From the NCBI GenBank assembly GCA_965226795.1, contig CBDDDZ010000003.1, positions 448,001 to 512,000 of the forward strand: a stretch of 64,000 bases of DNA, written 5' to 3'. Of this stretch, positions 59,273 through 64,000 are shown in pieces. Position numbers and translations under genes: made by a program. The notes beneath the pieces were generated by a model. That model searched no databases. It was not told the origin of the DNA and worked only from the letters and a program-made list of their open reading frames with translations. This DNA is from Candidatus Latescibacterota bacterium. Lineage in GTDB: Bacteria; Latescibacterota; UBA2968; GCA-2709665. Each line of letters starts with the position of its first letter. Position 1 is the stretch's first letter.

Positions 59273-61624
59273 ATGTTCTGGAATTATCTGAAGGTGGCAT
59301 ATCGGAATCTGCTGCGGCACCCGCTCTATGCGGCGATAAACGTGGTGGGCTTGGGTATCGCGATAGCGTTTTGTGTGCTGGCGTTCCTGTATGTGCGACA
59401 CGAGTGGACCTACGATGCGTTTCACGAAAACGCCGATCGCATTTACAGGGTCTACGCGGTAAATGATCGAGGACGAAGTATTGGCGGCGCTCCGGCTGAA
59501 CTGGCGCCGGCGTTGGCGGAGGCGCATCCGGATGTTCGCATCGTGCGAATTGATTTTGATTGGAAATACCGATTCATTCAACACCGAGGTACGAAGATAG
59601 CGGAAACGATATGCGTTGTAGATCCCGACATATTCGAAGTGTTCTCCTTTCCGCTTCTGAAAGGGGACCCGGCAACGGCACTTATGGATCCGCACAGTGT
59701 CGTTATTACCGAGAAGATCGCCGAAAAGTATTTTCCGGGCGAAGACCCGATTGGTAAAACATTATCAATCCAGACCGGTGATGGCGCAAATACCGGCATC
59801 CGGGATCTAACAGTTACGGGAATAGTAGAGACGATCCCCAGGAATTCGAGTATTCGCTTCGGATTTCTTTCCAGGCTTGTTGTTGCGGGCAATGAACCTA
59901 TACGGTGGAAATACAGATTATTTGGAACCTACATATTGCTGCCAGACGACGTGAGCCCCTCCGAAGTCGAGCGGCGGTTGAAGGTTCTTGTGTCGACGTG
60001 GCCTAAAAGCCCAATATGGGAGAAATTGAAACTGCAGCCGCTTAGCGACATTCACTTCGATTCCAGGGGCGTCGGACTAGATCCCGCAGGCAATCCCGTG
60101 TATTCATACATCCTGGCGTGCATTGCAATGCTTGTGCTTGTCATTGCCGCGGTCAATTATACAAACCTATCCGTGGGGAGGTCATTCTCTCGCGTTCGGG
60201 AAGTTGGAATACGCAAAGTGGCCGGGGGTCTGCGAACGCAACTGGCGATGCAGTTCCTGGCGGAATCGGTCCTGCTGACATTGATCGCGCTTGGGCTCGG
60301 GCTGGCGTTGGCCGAACTGTTCATTCCGGGCTTCAACAATCTGACCCGAATGGAGTTTTCGCTTTCCGATATGGCGGATTCGACCCCAGCCGGTTTTCTG
60401 ATTGTTCTGTTGCTGGTGGTAGGCGTCGTTTCTGGAGGTTATCCCGCTTTTTTTGTGTCAAGATTTTTGCCGGTTGATGCGCTTAAAGGGCAGATGAGAT
60501 TGGAACGAATGGGCCGCGTTAGACGGGTGCTCGTGGTATTCCAGGTTGCCATCTCAGTTATATTGGTTGGGTGCACGACCATAGTCGCCAGGCAATTGAA
60601 TCTGATGACGACAAAACCGTTGGGTTTTAGTCCAAAAGATGTTTTGGTAGTCTATAATGTGAAAGGTGTTGCCAAAGCCTACCAGGAGGCAGTTCAGTCA
60701 TACCATGCTGTGTTGAAGACCACCAGAACAGGGCACGCCTTTAGCAACAGGATCCAGACCTTTATCGATGTACAATCAGACGGCACGATCATGAAAGACG
60801 TCGAGGTCCTTGACGGTGATCTGGGCTTGCTGGAAACTCTGGGTATACGGCTGAAATCGGGTCGGGTCTTCGAGAGAGACGGCGACGCCATAACGTCCGT
60901 ACTCGTTAACGAAGCCCTGGTTGAAAAATTGGGATGGGAAGCGCCTCTGGGAAAGACGCTACGGTTAGGCAGCCGTGGCCGGAAATTAACAGTGATCGGC
61001 GTGGTTCGCAATTTTCACTTTCGTTCTCTTCATCATTCCATTAAGCCCGCCGTGATGCACCTTCGTCATCCGAGATTCTCTGCTCCACGAATGCTGATGC
61101 TTCGCATGCGCCCGGACGACAGGGCAGGCACCGTTCGTTTTCTGAAAGAGAAGTGGCAGGAAATGGCGGCCGACGAAGTGTTTTACTCTTCCTTTCTCGA
61201 GGATGACATTGACCGTCAATACCGGGAGGAAAGGCGGTGGTTCAAAATCGCGGGCTACGCGACTTTCTTCGCGGTATTCATCGCCTGCCTTGGCGCTTTC
61301 GGGCTGACGTCGCTCACCGTCGCCAGGCGGACCAAGGAAATAGGGATTCGGAAAGTCCTGGGGGCGCCAACATTCGGTATTGTGGCTCCTTGCTCGCCCC
61401 GCGAATTTGTAATACTCGTTGGTATCGCCTGTCTGGTTGCGTGGCCCGTGACCTACGTCGCGGCGGATCGCTGGCTTCAGAATTTCCCGTATCGCGTGGA
61501 TCCCGGGATAGGGACTTTTCTCCTGGGAGCCCTGCTCACGCTCCTCGTTGTGCTCCTGGCGGTGAGCCTGCAGGTCACCCGGGCGGCCCGGGCAAATCCC
61601 GTGGACGCGCTGCGGTATGAGTAA
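59273..61624 (+). CDS. MacB/FtsX-type duplicated ABC permease 4
   Basis: Same motifs; local frame excursion IVAPCSPRE at ~61385-61400. Confidence 0.9.
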   Translation: MFWNYLKVAYRNLLRHPLYAAINVVGLGIAIAFCVLAFLYVRHEWTYDAFHENADRIYRVYAVNDRGRSIGGAPAELAPALAEAHPDVRIVRIDFDWKYRFIQHRGTKIAETICVVDPDIFEVFSFPLLKGDPATALMDPHSVVITEKIAEKYFPGEDPIGKTLSIQTGDGANTGIRDLTVTGIVETIPRNSSIRFGFLSRLVVAGNEPIRWKYRLFGTYILLPDDVSPSEVERRLKVLVSTWPKSPIWEKLKLQPLSDIHFDSRGVGLDPAGNPVYSYILACIAMLVLVIAAVNYTNLSVGRSFSRVREVGIRKVAGGLRTQLAMQFLAESVLLTLIALGLGLALAELFIPGFNNLTRMEFSLSDMADSTPAGFLIVLLLVVGVVSGGYPAFFVSRFLPVDALKGQMRLERMGRVRRVLVVFQVAISVILVGCTTIVARQLNLMTTKPLGFSPKDVLVVYNVKGVAKAYQEAVQSYHAVLKTTRTGHAFSNRIQTFIDVQSDGTIMKDVEVLDGDLGLLETLGIRLKSGRVFERDGDAITSVLVNEALVEKLGWEAPLGKTLRLGSRGRKLTVIGVVRNFHFRSLHHSIKPAVMHLRHPRFSAPRMLMLRMRPDDRAGTVRFLKEKWQEMAADEVFYSSFLEDDIDRQYREERRWFKIAGYATFFAVFIACLGAFGLTSLTVARRTKEIGIRKVLGAPTFGIVAPCSPREFVILVGIACLVAWPVTYVAADRWLQNFPYRVDPGIGTFLLGALLTLLVVLLAVSLQVTRAARANPVDALRYE

Positions 61625-61628
61625 CGGC

Positions 61629-61790
61629 GGGCAGACAGGAATGTCTGCCTTCCACCTTCACACGAGTGACGGATACTTCCTCAGCATGACAGCCAGAGCC
61701 GGCGAGTGACGGATACATTTCGAGTTTGATCGGCCTTCAGCATTGAAAGTCATGTCATTCTGAGCGAGGGCACTTCGAGTCGAAGAATCT
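61629..61790. repeat. Copy of post-permease REP tail plus TGTCATTCTGAGCG repeat
   Basis: GGGCAGACAGGAATGTCTGCC..CACCTTCACAC..CTTCCTC.GCATGACAGCCAGAGCCGGCGAGTGACGGATAC matches 53637-53713. Confidence 0.85.
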
Positions 61791-61927
61791 CCGAGGCAGG
61801 CAGGAGAATGGTGAGGTATTTTTGGGACAGCGGGATATAACAGGTTTTTTGTTGTGCTTGGGATATACCGGGCTCTTGCCGCACAAACAGCATCTGGCGC
61901 TCGATGAATAGCGAGGGAGGAGAGCAA

Positions 61928-63301
61928 ATGGAGACTGAATTGTTTGAACGTATCAAGACCTACAATGTGGGCGACCCGTTCGCCGCTGCCAATCGAAACC
62001 GCGGCGACGCCTTGCTGTCCGTGATCGCTGGCGAACGCGCAAGCCAGGGGCCGGGGAATAAGATTGTTGTCTGCTGCGGTAGAACCCACATTGCCTGGCA
62101 GGACTCGTACAATCAGAGGTACTTCGCTCGGGTACGCACGCTCGATCATGAAACGCGCAGGTGGACCGCCGGTGCCATCCTGGCCGAGGGCGTCGACGAG
62201 CATTCTCGTCCCACCCTTGCGGTCGATAGCCAGGGCTACCTGCACGTGGTCATGGGCGGACACAACTCGCCTCTGCAGTACCAGCGATCGCTGCGGCCGC
62301 ACGATGCGTCGGCCTGGACCTCCGTCGAGGCCTTTGGCCGAAACACCTATCCCGTGCTACTGTGCGGCCCCAACGACACGCTTCACGTCACCGCCCGCGA
62401 CGGCAGCCACAACGGCATGGAGCTGTGGGAGAGACCGTCTGCCGGTCCGTGGCAAAGCCGTGGCCTGATCGTGACCCGGCAGCGGCGTTTCACCGGGTAC
62501 ACTGGCATGAACAACGACGTGGTCTGGGGCCCGGGCCGGAAGACAATGCACATGAGCATGGCCTTTTTCCTGGGTCGCAAGCCGAATGCGGGGGAGCACT
62601 CACGTGACGTATCCGGTCTGTACCAAGCCGTGGGCTACATGCGCTCCTTCGACTTCGGCCGCACCTGGCAGAAAGACGACGGGACGCCGGTTCCGCTTCC
62701 GGCGACATCGGACACGCTTGACCTGCTGGAGGAGGGTGAGAGCAACAACCCCAAGCCAGGCATTGAGCACTGCGGCCTGGCCGTCGATTCGAAGGACCGA
62801 CCCTACGTCGGCTACGTTCGCCACACACCCACGCCCTGTCGTGCCTTCTTGAAGACGTCCGATGCCGGGAGGTGGCGTGGACTGCCGTTAAGTGAGGCCG
62901 TGGCGTCGCACTGGCCCGGTTGGGGGATACTCGCCTTCAAGCCGGTAATGACGTCCGATGACGTCCTTTGCGTTCTCGCCCAGCTCGTTGCCCTGGGGCA
63001 CCCGGACGCGAACTGGGCCCCGGGCGTCTATGGTCTACCCTCCTTCTGGCTGCGCGAGCATCCAGAACTCTCACGCGTCGTCTGGCTCGAATCGTCCGAT
63101 TACGGGGAGACATTCACGCCGCGTGAGGTACTCGCATTCGACCCTGAACAAGGTCAGGTTATGCCTTCCTTGGAACGCCCAAACGGCTCCAACCCTATCC
63201 CACCAGGCACCCGTCCGTCATTCATCTACACGCTGGGCGAATCCCGATACGCGGACGAGGGCGAGACCATCGACAACCACCTGTACTGGGTGCGCGTCTA
63301 A
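61928..63301 (+). CDS. BNR/Asp-box repeat (sialidase-like propeller, BNR_4-like) protein
   Basis: DEHSRPTLAVDSQGYLHVVMGGHN, TYP, SFDFGRTW, SSDYGETF; GGAGG SD. Confidence 0.75.
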   Translation: METELFERIKTYNVGDPFAAANRNRGDALLSVIAGERASQGPGNKIVVCCGRTHIAWQDSYNQRYFARVRTLDHETRRWTAGAILAEGVDEHSRPTLAVDSQGYLHVVMGGHNSPLQYQRSLRPHDASAWTSVEAFGRNTYPVLLCGPNDTLHVTARDGSHNGMELWERPSAGPWQSRGLIVTRQRRFTGYTGMNNDVVWGPGRKTMHMSMAFFLGRKPNAGEHSRDVSGLYQAVGYMRSFDFGRTWQKDDGTPVPLPATSDTLDLLEEGESNNPKPGIEHCGLAVDSKDRPYVGYVRHTPTPCRAFLKTSDAGRWRGLPLSEAVASHWPGWGILAFKPVMTSDDVLCVLAQLVALGHPDANWAPGVYGLPSFWLREHPELSRVVWLESSDYGETFTPREVLAFDPEQGQVMPSLERPNGSNPIPPGTRPSFIYTLGESRYADEGETIDNHLYWVRV

Positions 63302-63399
63302 ATCGATGCGCCTGCAGGGCAACCGTATCAACGGACCGTTAAGGGACTTCATCTGCGCTGACGTGGGCGGGAACCGTATCGACGTTGGACAACCGTTGA

Positions 63400-63600
63400 G
63401 GAAATAGGACTGCATCGCTGCGGAGCGTTATGAGTAGAAGCGGGCAGACAGGAATGTCTACCCCATCCTCACACCGGCTTTCTCCGCATCACAGCCCGCG
63501 CGAATCCAGTGGACGCGCTGCGGTATGAATAAAAGCAGGCAGACAGGAATGTCTGCCCCACCTTCACACCCGCTTCCTCGGCATGGCAGCCCGCGCAGAA
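63400..63600 (+). repeat. ~95-bp tandem units of permease 3' end plus REP tail
   Basis: ..CGTTATGAGTAG-REP-tail-CAGCCCGCGCGAATCCAGTGGACGCGCTGCGGTATGAATAA-REP-tail-CAGCCCGCGC. Confidence 0.85.
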
Positions 63601-63717
63601 TATTTCTCATTCCCTGAAACGTGGGCGCGCGTTATCTTGGTGCAATCCGAATCCGACCATTGAATCGAGAACAGGAAAAGCGGTCATTCAGGACCGCTTT
63701 TCATTTGCGAGAAACCC

Positions 63718-64000
63718 ATGTCCCAGAAGCACCAGGAGGATCGATTCCAGACGACCGACGTGGTCATGCTTTCGGGCGGGCACGCCGTGCACGATACGTA
63801 CAGCGGGTTTCTGGCGCCACTATTGCCGGTGTTTATTCAAACCCTGTCCTTGTCCAAGACCGAGGCTGGAATGCTGATGGTGGTCCGGCAGGCGCCCTCG
63901 ATATTTCAACCGATTGTCGGACTTCGCGCGGACCGCTCGAATCTGCGCGCCCTCGTCATCCTGGGACCCGCGGTCACGGGCATCGCGATGAGTCTGCTCG
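63718..64000 (+). CDS. MFS transporter (Fsr-like), partial at right edge
   Basis: Manual translation MSQKHQEDRFQTTDVVMLSGGHAVHDTYSGFLAPLLP...FQPIVGLRADR. Confidence 0.85.
   Translation, partial: MSQKHQEDRFQTTDVVMLSGGHAVHDTYSGFLAPLLPVFIQTLSLSKTEAGMLMVVRQAPSIFQPIVGLRADRSNLRALVILGPAVTGIAMSLL

Noticed and set aside
51181..61624. Diversity-generating retroelement acting on the permeases
   Set aside because: No reverse transcriptase in the window; paralogue differences are not adenine-specific.
63400..63600. Tandem units as a CRISPR array or integron attC sites
   Set aside because: Inter-hairpin sequences are homologous to each other and to permease 3' ends rather than unique spacers; no attC R-box pattern or integrase seen.
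63676..63702. Hairpin upstream of the MFS gene as a riboswitch
   Set aside because: Only a simple AAAAGCGGTC/GACCGCTTTT stem; no recognisable aptamer consensus.

Overview
GC-rich bacterial chromosome segment spanning the replication origin. About 1-34 kb is core: yidC(partial)-rnpA-rpmH <> dnaA-oriC-dnaN-recF-dciA(DUF721)-gyrB-gyrA, hom, tRNA-Asp, mfd, surA, S4/Hsp15, a methyltransferase-ftsE-ftsX-envC-nrnA-argF-tmk run, ctpA, and an apparent operon of circularly permuted ATP-grasp protein, larE, def, PHP, nicotinate PRTase, moaD and moaE. About 34-64 kb is accessory: glutaminyl cyclase, CocE hydrolase, a frameshifted ABC-ATPase + TOPRIM-like pair next to a HicB/HicA remnant, heparinase II/III-like lyase, Gfo/Idh/MocA, SUI1, a phytoene-dehydrogenase-like enzyme, and a sigma54 two-component system divergent from four tandem ~800-aa MacB/FtsX-type orphan permeases. 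Intergenic DNA is dense in REP/MITE-like repeats. Gene content loosely suggests an FCB-adjacent lineage such as Latescibacterota/Gemmatimonadota (inference only). Most interesting observations: (1) the permease array looks cassette-like, with near-identical gene ends, a shared downstream REP tail and 'empty' tail units; (2) a GyrA C-gate-like helical segment appears inserted in CtpA; (3) the ATP-grasp/LarE/NAPRTase/MoaD(GG-STG)/MoaE cluster; (4) a candidate ATPase+TOPRIM defence pair; (5) a MITE family with exchangeable internal hairpins, one copy sitting where yidD normally lies. No CRISPR array, rRNA, integrase or intact transposase was seen. All product calls come from motif recognition by eye; no database searches were run.
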